Origin: a bacterium
Lineage (GTDB): Bacteria; Bacillota; Clostridia; Lachnospirales; Lachnospiraceae
DNA length: 64,000 nt
Direction: 5' to 3'
Assembly: GCA_963660835.1 (NCBI GenBank)
Contig: CAVLAA010000002.1
Span: forward strand, 7,459-71,458
Of this stretch, positions 11,210 to 22,242 are shown in pieces (within the stretch, counting starts at the first letter, position 1; every line of letters starts with the position of its first letter). The notes under the pieces were generated by a model. That model was given only the letters and a program-made list of their open reading frames with translations. It was not told where the DNA came from and ran no database searches. A program made the position numbers and the translations under genes.

Positions 11210-12364
11210 TTAATTTTCAAGAAGCCCAATTGCAGCATTTAGCTGTTCATCTGCTTCGGTATTTTCATCCTGATCTACAACAACGTCAGGTGTGATGCCC
11301 TTTTTGTGAATATCATTTCCATTTGGGGTATAGTAATGTGATACCGTAAGCCTTATGACACTTCCGTCATTTAGCTTATAAACATCCTGAACTATACCCT
11401 TTCCATAAGTTTGAGTTCCTACTATCGTTCCCTTTTGATAATCCTGAATTGCTCCTGCAAATATTTCAGAAGCGCTTGCCGTATTTCCATTTACAAGAAC
11501 GACCAACGGGATTTCCAGTTCATTTTCACCATCACAGGCTGTTTCTTTTTTATTACCATCCTTATCTACAGTAGAAAAAATCACTCCCTCGGGCAAAATA
11601 TCTCTAAGTACATTCGTTACACTGCTTACAAGGCCGCCTCCATTGTCCCTCAAGTCTATAATAAGTCCATTTACATTTTTTTCCTTCATATCATCAAGTG
11701 CTTCTTTGAAATGTTCCTCTGTCACACCTGTAAAAGAAGAAATACTTATTTTGCCTATATTGTTATCCAATATTTCCGATGTTACGATCTCACGCTCCAT
11801 GCTTTCTTTTTTTATCGTAAGATCAAAGCTTTCGCCTGTAGATTCTCTGTATATAGAAAGTTCTATATCATCAGTATCAGAATACTGGATCAGAGATGCC
11901 GCCTCTGTGGCCATGATTCCATCTGCGTCTGTACCATTTATTTTCTTGATTATATCATCTTCACGAACTCCGGCCTTATCAGCAGGACCATCATCAACTA
12001 CACCTGTTATCAAAAGTGCATTATCATCTGCTCTGTTTGCTACGGTTATACCTATTCCTGTATAATATCCGTTTTGATACTCCGAAAGAAGATCGTATTC
12101 TTCCTTTGTATAATAAGCTGAATACGGATCATTTAGTCCTGCTATCATTCCGACAAATATATAATCTGTTATGTTTTGCTCGTCTACATCGCCCATATAA
12201 TGCTGATCTATAAGACTTTTAACCTGATTGATTTTTTTATATGTAAGTATACTCGTAGGATTAGATACTGCCATTGTGATCGGCAGATTCATGACTATAA
12301 ATCCTGCTGCAACTGTTACAGCCACTCCTGCTATAAATCCTTTTAAGCTTTTTTTATCCTTCAT
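11210..12364 (-). CDS. S41-family C-terminal processing peptidase with N-terminal membrane anchor and PDZ domain
   Basis: PDZ-like GVREDDIIKKINGT; S41 core DLRDNGGGL...NGNTASASEIFAGAIQD. Located next to ftsEX. Confidence 0.9.
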   Translation of the reverse strand: MKDKKSLKGFIAGVAVTVAAGFIVMNLPITMAVSNPTSILTYKKINQVKSLIDQHYMGDVDEQNITDYIFVGMIAGLNDPYSAYYTKEEYDLLSEYQNGYYTGIGITVANRADDNALLITGVVDDGPADKAGVREDDIIKKINGTDADGIMATEAASLIQYSDTDDIELSIYRESTGESFDLTIKKESMEREIVTSEILDNNIGKISISSFTGVTEEHFKEALDDMKEKNVNGLIIDLRDNGGGLVSSVTNVLRDILPEGVIFSTVDKDGNKKETACDGENELEIPLVVLVNGNTASASEIFAGAIQDYQKGTIVGTQTYGKGIVQDVYKLNDGSVIRLTVSHYYTPNGNDIHKKGITPDVVVDQDENTEADEQLNAAIGLLEN

Positions 12365-12390
12365 GGCACCTCACACTTTATGTTTCCTTT

Positions 12391-12422
12391 AACAAAAGGC
12401 GTGTGAAAAATTTTCACACGCC
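12391..12422 (-). terminator. Terminator-like hairpin between ftsX and the S41 peptidase gene
   Basis: GGCGTGTGAAAA / TTTTCACACGCC stem followed by TTTTGTT on the reverse strand. Confidence 0.6.
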
Positions 12423-12441
12423 CCTGTAAGCTGTATAAATA

Positions 12442-13368
12442 TCAAACTCTTAAATGCTTTCTTATAGTAAACATACTTCCAATAAAGCCTATTCCTATAC
12501 CAAGTATTATTCCTATTGGCAACAGCCAAACAAATACATTGTTTACAGGAAGCAGACCATTTACAAAATTTGCAAGTACACTAAACTTTGCAAGGATTGC
12601 TTCAACAGCCTTCTGATACAGGAAATAAAGTATTGTAAGCGGTATGATAGCACCAATGATACCTATGATAACACCTTCTAATATGAAAGGCATTCGGACA
12701 AAGGTATTAGTTGCACCTATATATTTCATAATGGCAATTTCTTCCCGCCTTATCGTTATACCCATTGAAACTGTATTGCTTATAAGGAAAATTGAAACAG
12801 CAAGAAGTATTGCTATGATGACAAGCGAAATAGTTGTTATCAATCTGTTTACTGCTGTAAGTGTAGATGATGCCTGCTGAGACTGCTCAACCTTTCTTAC
12901 GCCGTCAATTGTCTTTATATATTCAACAAGATCATTTTGATCTTCTATCTTGTCAGCATAAACTTCATAATGAGCCGAATTTGCAAGTGGGTTATCATTG
13001 TTATTTTTAAATCCCTCGGCAGCATCCTCGTTGCCCTCAAAGTAACGCTCAGAAAAACTTGCCCATGCCTCATCTGCTGAAACATAATTGCATTCCTTTA
13101 CGGTGCTTTGATTTGATATTTCCTGACCTATTATATCAATAGATGCCTGATCCAAACCTTCATTAAAGAAAACCGTGATTCCGACATTTGTCTCTATGTT
13201 CTTCAAAATATAATTAAAGTTCATCAATATTGAGAAAAACAGACCAAACATAAATATGCAGGCACTCATGGTTGCAATCGAAGCAATTGAAAACATCTTA
13301 TTTCTTCCGATGTTTTTGACACCCTGAGCCGCACTATATCCTAGCGTACTAATCCTCAACGTAAACAC
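12442..13368 (-). CDS. ftsX: Cell-division ABC transporter permease FtsX
   Basis: N-terminal GVKNIGRNKMFSIASI, large extracellular loop, three C-terminal TM segments, and a 20-nt overlap with ftsE. Confidence 0.9.
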   Translation of the reverse strand: MFTLRISTLGYSAAQGVKNIGRNKMFSIASIATMSACIFMFGLFFSILMNFNYILKNIETNVGITVFFNEGLDQASIDIIGQEISNQSTVKECNYVSADEAWASFSERYFEGNEDAAEGFKNNNDNPLANSAHYEVYADKIEDQNDLVEYIKTIDGVRKVEQSQQASSTLTAVNRLITTISLVIIAILLAVSIFLISNTVSMGITIRREEIAIMKYIGATNTFVRMPFILEGVIIGIIGAIIPLTILYFLYQKAVEAILAKFSVLANFVNGLLPVNNVFVWLLPIGIILGIGIGFIGSMFTIRKHLRV

Positions 13369-14032
13369 CTTCTTTTTCGTCGCTTATTATGACGCCTTTC
13401 CGCAAACGAACAACTCGTTTTTTCATAGCATTAACGATCTCTCTGTTATGTGTAACAACAACAACTGTTGTTCCACGTGCATTGATCTCTTCAAGAAGCT
13501 TCATGATCTCTATGGAATTCTTAGGATCAAGGTTTCCTGTAGGCTCATCTGCAAGAAGAATATCAGGTCTGTTTACAAGAGCACGCGCAAGTGCAACCCT
13601 TTGCTGCTCGCCGCCCGAAAGCTCCTTCGGTTTTGAACGATATTTGTCAGCAAGTCCTACTAATGTAAGCACCTCAGGTACATTTTTCTTGAGAACATGT
13701 GTAGGTTTTTCAATAACACGCTGTGCAAAGGCAACATTTTCAAATACATTCCTATCCTTAAGAAGTCGGAAATCCTGAAATACAACTCCAAGACCTCTTC
13801 TGTACATAGGTACTTTGCGCCTTGGAAGCTTATTAAGCACATTGTTATTTACTGTAATAGTACCTTTAGTCGGATCAAGTTCTTTTAAAAGTAATTTTAT
13901 AAATGTGGACTTACCGGAGCCGCTGGCACCAACCACGAAAACGAACTCTCCCTTATCAATGTGAAGCGAGATGTTATCAAGAGCCGGGTGACCCTTATCA
14001 TAACTTTTACTCACATGATCTAAAGTTATCAT
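13349..14032 (-). CDS. ftsE: Cell-division ABC transporter ATP-binding protein FtsE
   Basis: Walker A GASGSGKST, signature LSGGEQQRVALARAL, Walker B ILLADEPTGNLD. Confidence 0.93.
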   Translation of the reverse strand: MITLDHVSKSYDKGHPALDNISLHIDKGEFVFVVGASGSGKSTFIKLLLKELDPTKGTITVNNNVLNKLPRRKVPMYRRGLGVVFQDFRLLKDRNVFENVAFAQRVIEKPTHVLKKNVPEVLTLVGLADKYRSKPKELSGGEQQRVALARALVNRPDILLADEPTGNLDPKNSIEIMKLLEEINARGTTVVVVTHNREIVNAMKKRVVRLRKGVIISDEKEGVYVED

Positions 14033-14071
14033 ACGTTTCCTCCTAAATTAATAACTATGGTCTTCATCGGA

Positions 14072-15163
14072 TCAATAATCCAACGTCTCCATATATTTCA
14101 TATATCGAACGACCATTAAAGCTATCTTAAATGTGATCGCATCCTCAAAAACACGAAGATCCAAGCCTGTGCTCTTCTGCAGCTTATCAAGACGATATAC
14201 AAGAGTATTTCTGTGAATAAACAGCTGTCTTGAGGTTTCCGATACATTAAGATTATTTTCAAAGAATTTGTTTATTGTAACAATAGTCTCTTCATCAAAA
14301 TCGTCCGGATTTCTGTTTTCGAATATTTCTTTAATGAACATTTTGCAAAGCGGTATCGGAAGCTGATAGATAAGTCTGCCGATTCCAAGTGAGCTGTATG
14401 CAACAATGTGCTTGTCAGCAAAGAAGATCTTTCCGACATCAAGAGCCATTTTAGCTTCTTTATATGATTTTGAAACCTCTTTGAGCTCCTTAACAATCGT
14501 ACCGAATGCTATATGAGTCTGATTTTCACCATCCTGTCCTACAACATCTATGATCGATTTTGCAATCTGCTCACAATATTCGTAATCCTCGTTTTCATCT
14601 AATTCTTTGACAATGATGATACTGGACTCATCTACCGCTGTAACAAAATCTGAGCTCTTTGCTCCGAAAAGCATACGGATATTTTCGAGTGTAGCCTGAT
14701 CTCTGTCCGGGCTGTTCTCGAGAATAAATACTATACGACGTTTGTCAACATCAATGTGAAGTCTCTTAGCTCTGTTGTATATATCTACAAGCAGAAGATT
14801 GTCAAGAAGAAGATTCTTGATGAAATTGTCCTTGTCAAAACGCTCTTTGTATGCAATAAGAAGTCCCTGAATCTGGAATACAGCCATCCTTCCTACAAGG
14901 AAGTTGTCAGGAGAGCCACCCTTTATCATAAGAACATATTCAAGCTGACGCTCCTCATATACCTTAAAATACTGATATTCTCCAATAGCAGATGCATCTG
15001 CCTGAGACTGTGAAAATGCAAGTGCTTCTTTTTGGTCATAGCCCTCTGCATTGCTCATCGTAGATACCAGAACCTTACCGTCTGTATCAAGTATGCTTAA
15101 ATCAACCCTTGAAATGTTTTTTATTCCGTCTATGGTGTTCTGTAAAATTTGATTTGAAATCAT
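14072..15163 (-). CDS. PucR/CdaR-family transcriptional regulator
   Basis: C-terminal PucR-type HTH (NLNVSETSRQLFIHRNTLVYRLDKLQKSTGLDLR). The start was set at MISNQ, which has AAGGAGAG upstream. Confidence 0.8.
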   Translation of the reverse strand: MISNQILQNTIDGIKNISRVDLSILDTDGKVLVSTMSNAEGYDQKEALAFSQSQADASAIGEYQYFKVYEERQLEYVLMIKGGSPDNFLVGRMAVFQIQGLLIAYKERFDKDNFIKNLLLDNLLLVDIYNRAKRLHIDVDKRRIVFILENSPDRDQATLENIRMLFGAKSSDFVTAVDESSIIIVKELDENEDYEYCEQIAKSIIDVVGQDGENQTHIAFGTIVKELKEVSKSYKEAKMALDVGKIFFADKHIVAYSSLGIGRLIYQLPIPLCKMFIKEIFENRNPDDFDEETIVTINKFFENNLNVSETSRQLFIHRNTLVYRLDKLQKSTGLDLRVFEDAITFKIALMVVRYMKYMETLDY

Positions 15164-15502
15164 CTTTCTCTCTCCTTTACAAATTATCAAAGAGATTATT
15201 CAGGGCTGCAAGCTTCTCAATTCATTTACTGCGATACAACAGCGAATTAATCGTTACAACACCGAGAATAATAACACAAAGTTACAAATATTGCAATTTT
15301 ATTACAAATGAATTAACTTTAAATTTTCGTAAAAAACATTTGTTTTGTGATATTTTTTTTATCTGACTTTATATAATTGTGTAAAATCGTGAATTTGATT
15401 ATGTTAAAGCAATATTTCTTGAGCAATAATAACACAAGTTTTTTTTCTTGAAAAGGTTTTTGTGCAATTATTTCAATTTCATTTTAAATTTTTCGTTACA
15501 GA

Positions 15503-15541
15503 ATAAAAGGATCAGCCCACTACCAAACGGTAATGGGCTGA
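15503..15541 (-). terminator. Intrinsic terminator downstream of pckA
   Basis: 13-bp stem TCAGCCCA(c/t)TACC with one mismatch, loop AAAC, then CCTTTTATT on the reverse strand. Confidence 0.75.
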
Positions 15542-15579
15542 CTCTTTTATTTAATAGACTATATTGTATTTGATTTTGA

Positions 15580-17184
15580 TCAAAGCTGAGGACCAGCTGC
15601 AACAAGATCTTTTCCTGCCTGGTTGCCCTGATATTTAACAAAGTTATTGATAAATCTCTGAGCAAGATCCTTTGCTTTCTCTTCCCACTGTGAAGGATCA
15701 GCATATGTATCACGAGGATCAAGAATTCCTGTATCAACACCCTTAAGTTCTGTAGGAACTTCGAAGTTGAAGTAAGGGATTTTCTTTGTAGGAGCATCAA
15801 CAATGTCACCATTGAGGATTGCATCGATGATACCACGTGTATCCTTGATAGAGATACGTTTTCCTGTTCCGTTCCATCCTGTATTTACAAGATAAGCCTT
15901 TGCTCCGCTCTTCTCCATCTTCTTAACAAGCTCTTCAGCATATTTTGTAGGATGAAGCTCAAGGAATGCTTGTCCGAAGCAAGCTGAGAATGTAGGTGTA
16001 GGCTCTGTGATTCCACGCTCTGTTCCGGCAAGCTTAGCTGTAAATCCTGAAAGGAAGTAGTACTTTGTCTGCTCAGGTGTAAGTATAGATACAGGAGGAA
16101 GTACTCCAAATGCATCTGCTGAAAGGAAGATAACATTCTTTGCTGCAGGAGCTGCAGAAATAGGACGAACGATCTTCTCGATATGATCTATAGGATAAGA
16201 AACACGAGTATTTTCTGTTACGCTCTTATCTGCAAAGTCGATCTTTCCTGCTTCGTCAATTGTAACGTTCTCAAGAAGAGCATTACGCTTGATAGCATTG
16301 TAGATATCCGGCTCTGATTCCTTGTCAAGGTTGATAACCTTAGCATAGCATCCACCTTCGAAGTTGAATACTCCGTTATCATCCCAGCCATGCTCATCAT
16401 CTCCGATAAGAAGTCTCTTAGGATCTGTAGAAAGTGTTGTCTTTCCTGTTCCTGAAAGTCCGAAGAATACTGCTGTATTCTTTCCTTCCATATCAGTATT
16501 TGCTGAGCAGTGCATTGAAGCAATGCCTTTAAGAGGAAGGTAATAGTTCATCATTGAGAACATACCTTTCTTCATCTCTCCGCCGTACCATGTATTGATG
16601 ATAACCTGCTCACGGCTTGTAATGTTGAACATAACAGCTGTCTCTGAGTTAAGTCCAAGCTCTTTGTAATTTTCTACTTTTGCCTTTGAAGCATTGTATA
16701 CTACGAAATCCGGTGTGAAGTTCTCGAGCTCTTCTGCTGTAGGCTTAATGAACATGTTTGTAACAAAGTGAGCCTGCCAAGCAACCTCAACGATGAATCT
16801 TACAGCCATGCGTGTGTCCTTATTTGCTCCGCAGAATGCATCTACTACGAAAAGTCTCTTATTTGAAAGCTCTTTCTTTGCAAGATCCTTAACTGCTGAC
16901 CAAGCCTCCTGAGTTGCAGGATGGTTGTCGTTTTTGTATTCATCAGATGTCCACCAAACTGTGTCTTTTGAATTCTCATCCATAACGATGAATTTGTCTT
17001 TAGGTGAACGTCCGGTATAAACTCCGGTCATAACATTTACAGCACCAAGCTCTGTTACTTTACCAACCTCATATCCTGTAAGTCCTTCTTTTGTTTCCTC
17101 TTCGAAGAGAACTTCATATGAAGGATTGTAAACGATCTCAGTTGTACCTGTGATACCGTATTGAGTTAAGTCAATCTTTGCCAT
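15580..17184 (-). CDS. pckA: Phosphoenolpyruvate carboxykinase (ATP)
   Basis: [28 protein letters not shown] kinase motifs; the start was moved to [10 protein letters not shown]. Confidence 0.95.
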   Translation of the reverse strand: MAKIDLTQYGITGTTEIVYNPSYEVLFEEETKEGLTGYEVGKVTELGAVNVMTGVYTGRSPKDKFIVMDENSKDTVWWTSDEYKNDNHPATQEAWSAVKDLAKKELSNKRLFVVDAFCGANKDTRMAVRFIVEVAWQAHFVTNMFIKPTAEELENFTPDFVVYNASKAKVENYKELGLNSETAVMFNITSREQVIINTWYGGEMKKGMFSMMNYYLPLKGIASMHCSANTDMEGKNTAVFFGLSGTGKTTLSTDPKRLLIGDDEHGWDDNGVFNFEGGCYAKVINLDKESEPDIYNAIKRNALLENVTIDEAGKIDFADKSVTENTRVSYPIDHIEKIVRPISAAPAAKNVIFLSADAFGVLPPVSILTPEQTKYYFLSGFTAKLAGTERGITEPTPTFSACFGQAFLELHPTKYAEELVKKMEKSGAKAYLVNTGWNGTGKRISIKDTRGIIDAILNGDIVDAPTKKIPYFNFEVPTELKGVDTGILDPRDTYADPSQWEEKAKDLAQRFINNFVKYQGNQAGKDLVAAGPQL

Positions 17185-17417
17185 AATCTCTTTTACCTCT
17201 TTTCTTAAAAATCCTAATATAAACAAATTTTTATCCTTGCTAATAATATAATATCTGCAATCTTAAAGTCAAGAAACTTATAGCTGATATTATATATTTA
17301 TATCTTAAATGTCGCAGTCATATAAAATATGTTAATTTTTAAACAATCATTAAATTTTGCTCTGATTTCCCTTGTAAAACCCTATAAAATAGGGTATGAA
17401 AATTCAGTAAAAATAAC

Positions 17418-17465
17418 AAGAAAACGCAGACGCTGTGAATGCAATATACATACACAGTGTCTGCG
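17418..17465 (-). terminator. Intrinsic terminator downstream of glyQS
   Basis: CGCAGACGCTGTG / CACAGTGTCTGCG stem followed by a T-run on the reverse strand. Confidence 0.7.
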
Positions 17466-17490
17466 TTATAAAAGTTTGCAAAAGCCTTAA

Positions 17491-18888
17491 TTAAAAATCA
17501 AATTTATCGCTGAAGTATTCAGAAAGCTTTTCGATCGGAATTCTTACCTGCTCCATAGAATCTCTGTCTCTTATAGTAACAGCTCCGTCTGTCTCAGAAT
17601 CAAAGTCATATGTAATGCAGAACGGTGTTCCTATCTCATCCTGACGGCGATATCGTTTTCCGATATTTCCTCTGTCATCAAACTCACAGTTATAAGTTTT
17701 TGAAAGCTTGTCAAAGATCTTTTCTGCACCTTCGTTGAGCTTCTTTGAAAGAGGAAGAACAGCAATCTTAACAGGTGCAAGAGCCGGATGGAAACGAAGA
17801 ACCGTACGCACATCATTTCTTTCGGCATCCAGAACCTCTTCATCATATGCGCTGCAAAGGAATGCAAGAACAACTCTGTCAGCTCCAAGTGACGGCTCTA
17901 TAACATAAGGGATATATTTTTCGTTCTTTGTATCATCAAAGTAACTCATATCCTCGCCGGATACCGTCTGATGCTGAGTAAGGTCATAGTTTGTTCTGTC
18001 AGCAATTCCCCAAAGTTCTCCCCATCCAAATGGGAAAAGATATTCAAGATCCGTTGTTGCCTTGCTGTAGAATGAAAGTTCTTCCGGTGAATGGTCTCTT
18101 GTTCTCATTTCATCAGGTTTAATTCCAAGATTCTGCAGCCAATCGATACAATATTGTCTCCAATATGCAAACCATTCAAGGTCTGTATCCGGCTCACAGA
18201 AAAACTCGAGTTCCATCTGCTCAAACTCTCTTGTTCTGAATGTAAAGTTACCCGGTGTAATTTCATTTCTGAAAGATTTACCTATCTGGCCTATTCCAAA
18301 CGGTACTTTTTTTCTTGATGTACGCTGAACATTTTTGAAATTGACAAATATACCCTGCGCAGTTTCAGGTCTTAAATAAACTGTATTTTTTGCATCCTCT
18401 GTAACACCCTGGAAGGTCTTAAACATAAGGTTAAACTGTCTGATATCTGTGAAGTTATGCTTTCCGCATGTAGGACAATTGATGTTATTATCATCAATAA
18501 AATCGATCATCTGCTGCTGGCTCCATCCATCAACGCTTCCGCCCGGAACCTCCATATTGTTTTCTTCACAAAAATCTTCTATAAGCTTATCAGCTCTAAA
18601 TCTTTCATGACATTCCCTGCAGTCCATGAGCGGATCTGAAAATCCGCCAAGATGTCCTGAAGCTACCCATGTCTGCGGATTCATAAGTATTGCGCAGTCA
18701 ACACCGACATTATATTTATTTTCAGTGATAAACTTCTTCCACCATGCTTTTTTAACATTGTTTTTAAGCTCAACTCCGATAGGGCCGTAATCCCATGTAT
18801 TGGCAAGTCCGCCATATATTTCTGAACCCGGATATACAAAACCTCTTGATTTTGCAAGGGCGACTATCTTCTCCATTGTCTTTTCCAT
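17491..18888 (-). CDS. glyQS: Glycine--tRNA ligase (single-chain alpha2 type)
   Basis: [34 protein letters not shown] is a hallmark GlyQS N-terminus. ATG at 18888 is preceded by AAGGAGA. Confidence 0.95.
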   Translation of the reverse strand: MEKTMEKIVALAKSRGFVYPGSEIYGGLANTWDYGPIGVELKNNVKKAWWKKFITENKYNVGVDCAILMNPQTWVASGHLGGFSDPLMDCRECHERFRADKLIEDFCEENNMEVPGGSVDGWSQQQMIDFIDDNNINCPTCGKHNFTDIRQFNLMFKTFQGVTEDAKNTVYLRPETAQGIFVNFKNVQRTSRKKVPFGIGQIGKSFRNEITPGNFTFRTREFEQMELEFFCEPDTDLEWFAYWRQYCIDWLQNLGIKPDEMRTRDHSPEELSFYSKATTDLEYLFPFGWGELWGIADRTNYDLTQHQTVSGEDMSYFDDTKNEKYIPYVIEPSLGADRVVLAFLCSAYDEEVLDAERNDVRTVLRFHPALAPVKIAVLPLSKKLNEGAEKIFDKLSKTYNCEFDDRGNIGKRYRRQDEIGTPFCITYDFDSETDGAVTIRDRDSMEQVRIPIEKLSEYFSDKFDF

Positions 18889-18936
18889 TTTTTTCTCCTT
18901 ATATAAATATAATGTTGGGGTCAATATTTATTTGAC

Positions 18937-19578
18937 CTAATTTGAATTTTTATAAACCAAAAAAACCGGTGCTGCAGTTGTAGTCTGCAGTTCAGTAGGA
19001 ATCGAACTGTCTCCTGCCTGAGATACTGAAATTGTACCATTTTCGGATATTGTAATTCCGTCACTCATTGCAAGAAGCTCTCCAGGCAATTTAACTGTAA
19101 CATTTTCTTCTAATATTAATACCTTGCTGTCAGGATATGTGACTGCTAATGAAAAATAAGGAAGCTGAACTCCGTTTTTTGCATAAAAGCTTCTATTGAA
19201 ATCATAGCCTGCCGCAAATGCCTCCTTAAGAGTTCCGCTATAGCAGATTACATTATTAAATGATGAATAATCACCTATAGAATCATATCTAAGTACGATA
19301 TTAACCTTGCCGTCCCTGACTCTGCATCTTTCAAGCGCAATAGCTCCGCTCGTTCCCTGATAATTTTTTATTTTATCGTTGATATAATTTTCAAGTTCCT
19401 CTCCGGTTACAGAGTCTCCGGAATCATCAACTATAGTCTGTATGACTTTACCTTCCGAAGTCAGCTCTACCTGTTCTTTATTTTCAGAATCTATGCCAAT
19501 GCATCCTGTCTGGATAACCAGCAGAAGAGCCATTGTCGCCAGCAGCGGTATTTTTGCGATTTTTTTCATGCTGCTCAT
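18937..19578 (-). CDS. Putative lipoprotein of unknown function
   Basis: Signal peptide with lipobox (LLVIQTGC). No motif I recognise in the mature part. RBS AAGGAAAAG. Confidence 0.6.
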   Translation of the reverse strand: MSSMKKIAKIPLLATMALLLVIQTGCIGIDSENKEQVELTSEGKVIQTIVDDSGDSVTGEELENYINDKIKNYQGTSGAIALERCRVRDGKVNIVLRYDSIGDYSSFNNVICYSGTLKEAFAAGYDFNRSFYAKNGVQLPYFSLAVTYPDSKVLILEENVTVKLPGELLAMSDGITISENGTISVSQAGDSSIPTELQTTTAAPVFLVYKNSN

Positions 19579-19632
19579 TAACTTTTCCTTTCACCAATGC
19601 TATCGGAAAACATCTTTCCAAACAATATTGAC

Positions 19633-19661
19633 AGTATAAAGCATTGATGTTTTAAAATCAA
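19633..19661 (-). promoter_or_regulatory. Candidate promoter for the lipoprotein-glyQS unit
   Basis: The reverse strand reads TTGATT-17 nt-TATACT, directly downstream of the ABC ATPase stop codon. Confidence 0.45.
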
Positions 19662-19665
19662 GATT

Positions 19666-20424
19666 TTAAACCTGAGCAAATTTTCCTAAGAAACTCTTCA
19701 TTCTTTCGTTTTCGGATGAGAAAATCTGCTCCGGAGTGCCCTGCTCTACGATAATACCGTTATCCATAAAAATTATATTATCCGATACTCTTCTTGCAAA
19801 CTCCATCTCGTGAGTTACGATCACCATGGTCATATGCTCTGCAGCAAGTCCTTTTATAACCTTCAGGATTTCTCCTGTAAGCTCTGGATCAAGAGCTGAT
19901 GTCGGTTCATCAAAAAACAGGATCTTAGGGTTCATCGCAAGTGCTCTTGCAATTGAAACTCTCTGCTGCTGACCTCCGGAAAGGCTGTACGGATATACAT
20001 TTGCTTTGTCTGCAAGATCCATCTTTGAAAGAAGCTCCATTGCCTGCTCTTTTACTTCGGCAGGATTTCTTTTCTGCACTCTTATCGGAGCATCCATTAT
20101 ATTTTTCAAAACACTGTAATGCGGGAATAGATTAAAATTCTGAAATACAAGTCCATAATACTGACGGATTTTTTTTATTACATCATTTGGCGCATAAACC
20201 GCTTTTTTATTTTCACTTTTAACTACCTGTTCTCCAAGATAAAACATCTCGCCGTCATCCATAGTCTCGAGCATTGTTGCGCATCTGAGCAATGTAGTCT
20301 TGCCGGATCCCGAAGGACCTATTATAGATGTAACCTGACCCTGCTTTACTTTAAGCGAAATATCCTTTAGTACTTCAACCTCTCCAAATGATTTTTTTAT
20401 ATGATCGATCTCAAGATAATTCAT
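19666..20424 (-). CDS. Polar amino-acid ABC transporter ATP-binding protein
   Basis: [44 protein letters not shown]; GlnQ-like. Confidence 0.92.
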   Translation of the reverse strand: MNYLEIDHIKKSFGEVEVLKDISLKVKQGQVTSIIGPSGSGKTTLLRCATMLETMDDGEMFYLGEQVVKSENKKAVYAPNDVIKKIRQYYGLVFQNFNLFPHYSVLKNIMDAPIRVQKRNPAEVKEQAMELLSKMDLADKANVYPYSLSGGQQQRVSIARALAMNPKILFFDEPTSALDPELTGEILKVIKGLAAEHMTMVIVTHEMEFARRVSDNIIFMDNGIIVEQGTPEQIFSSENERMKSFLGKFAQV

Positions 20425-20434
20425 TTTCTGCCTC

Positions 20435-21082
20435 CTATCTGTAATAGCTAAGTTTCTTCTCTAAACGTGCCATTACAAATGCAACGACAGCATTAAATAC
20501 ATAATAAAATACTCCTGCTACAATAAACGGCATGATCGTTGTCTCAGCTGCAGCGATCTGCTTTGCCAGCGTAAACATTTCTATGTATGAAACCGTAAAT
20601 ACCAGTGAAGTATCCTTTACGAGCGTTATTACTTCATTTGTTACAGACGGAAGAACTCTTTTTATCATTTGCGGAAGGATTATATGTATAAATGTTTGAG
20701 CTCTGCTGTATCCCAATATCTGAGCTGCTTCGTATTGTCCTACCGGAATCGACTCGATTCCCGAACGGTATATCTCAGCAAAATATGCTGCATAATTAAA
20801 TGAGCATCCAAGGATAATTGCCGTAAATTTGTATCCTCCTATGCTTAATCCAAACAAATAATAAGGCGTAAAATACCACAGAAGCAGCTGCAGCATGAGC
20901 GGTGTACCACGCATTATTGAAATATAAACCTTAACTATCGCGCTGACTATTTTTAATTTGCTGGATCTTCCAAAATATATCAAAAGACCAAGCGGCAGTG
21001 AAAATACAAGTGTAAGAACGAATATCAAAACCGTTTGTCCAAATCCCCAAGTCAGCTGCTGCAGCATTACACCAAAACTCAT
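20435..21082 (-). CDS. Polar amino-acid ABC transporter permease
   Basis: His/Glu/Gln/Arg-type permease EAA-like region ([21 protein letters not shown]). The start was set at MSFGVM, which has an AGGAGGG RBS. Confidence 0.88.
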   Translation of the reverse strand: MSFGVMLQQLTWGFGQTVLIFVLTLVFSLPLGLLIYFGRSSKLKIVSAIVKVYISIMRGTPLMLQLLLWYFTPYYLFGLSIGGYKFTAIILGCSFNYAAYFAEIYRSGIESIPVGQYEAAQILGYSRAQTFIHIILPQMIKRVLPSVTNEVITLVKDTSLVFTVSYIEMFTLAKQIAAAETTIMPFIVAGVFYYVFNAVVAFVMARLEKKLSYYR

Positions 21083-21202
21083 AAAACCCTCCTGTGTAAA
21101 TATCTTGATAATGCAAGCAATCCCCACGGACAAAATCCGTGGGGTTATAATTAAAATAGCATGATGTAGTGATCAAAAAATTTTGATCCAGTTGATGTTG
21201 CT

Positions 21203-22066
21203 TTATTTCTCTGATGATATACTTATCATATCTGAAATGCCGTATTTCTCAGCAAGCTCGGCAACTGTTCCATCCTCATTTAATTCCATGATATCGTTGC
21301 TTACAATATCAGCAAGTGTCTGATTGCCTTTTTTGAATCCGACTGCATATTTTTCGGAATTAAGTGTTTCATCAAGGATAACATATCCGTCACCTCTTGA
21401 TTCGATCTGATAATTCGCAACTCCTATATCAATTGCAAGTGCATCGAGCGCTCCTGCCTTAAGTTCATTGAATGCTGTATTGTAATCTGAGAACTCGTTA
21501 AGATTTGCAAATGTATCGCTAAGCTCCTTCTGATCTCCCTGTAATACATCAAGTGCTGCTGATGCTGCCTGAACACCTACAGTCTTTCCTTCAAGATCAG
21601 AAAGTGATTTTATTCCTGATTCTTCTGAAACAACTATTACCTGGCTATTGTCTACATACGGAATTGAGAATGTATAATCATCCTCTCTGCCATTCATTGT
21701 AAATCCGTTCCATATACAATCTATTGATCCTGAATTGAGTTCAAGATCCTTAGAATCCCAGTTTATCGGCTTTTTCTCAAGTTCCCAGCCTTCTTTGTCA
21801 CAAACTGCCTGTGCAAGTTCAAGGTCAAAGCCTGTATATTCTCCATTTTCATCTTTATATCCATAAGGCGGATATTCAGCATCGAAGCCTACTGTAAATA
21901 CACCGTCCTCTACTCCTGTTTCAACTGAAGATGATGATGCAGAAGATGTGCTGCTCGACTTAGATGAACTTGTTGAAGCACTGCTGTCTGTTGAAGAACC
22001 TCCGCATGCTGTCATTCCTAATATCATGACTGCGGTCATAGATAATCCTAATACTTTCTTAATCAT
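21203..22066 (-). CDS. Amino-acid ABC transporter substrate-binding lipoprotein (family 3 SBP) with Ser-rich linker
   Basis: Lipobox LGMTAC, a Ser-rich spacer, then GFDAEYPPYGYKDENGEYTGFDLELA, typical of family 3 binding proteins. Confidence 0.88.
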   Translation of the reverse strand: MIKKVLGLSMTAVMILGMTACGGSSTDSSASTSSSKSSSTSSASSSSVETGVEDGVFTVGFDAEYPPYGYKDENGEYTGFDLELAQAVCDKEGWELEKKPINWDSKDLELNSGSIDCIWNGFTMNGREDDYTFSIPYVDNSQVIVVSEESGIKSLSDLEGKTVGVQAASAALDVLQGDQKELSDTFANLNEFSDYNTAFNELKAGALDALAIDIGVANYQIESRGDGYVILDETLNSEKYAVGFKKGNQTLADIVSNDIMELNEDGTVAELAEKYGISDMISISSEK

Positions 22067-22136
22067 TTCTCTTCCTCGTTTTCTTTTTTGTATTAGCAAT
22101 TAATCACTTTACCATGTTAAATCAATCGCTTTTAGC

Positions 22137-22165
22137 ATATTATCATAAGGACTTTTTCATGTCAA
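22137..22165 (-). promoter_or_regulatory. Sigma-A-type promoter of the amino-acid ABC transporter operon
   Basis: The reverse strand reads TTGACA-17 nt-TAATAT, about 70 nt upstream of the binding-protein start codon. Confidence 0.55.
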
Positions 22166-22242
22166 TATGAATACAGCAAGCTGTTACTGTTACTGTCAAG
22201 CTCAGGAATCCAATCTCAGGAACATACTGTTACTTGCTCATA

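Noticed and set aside
11411-12121. 236-aa plus-strand ORF inside the S41 peptidase gene
   Set aside because: It lies entirely antisense to a gene with clear family motifs. Its composition is Cys/Tyr/Ile/Phe-rich and low in complexity, it has no RBS, and it is typical of a stop-poor antisense frame.
15468-15836. 122-aa minus-strand ORF overlapping the 3' end of pckA in another frame
   Set aside because: It overlaps pckA and its terminator. It is an out-of-frame shadow of a highly conserved gene.
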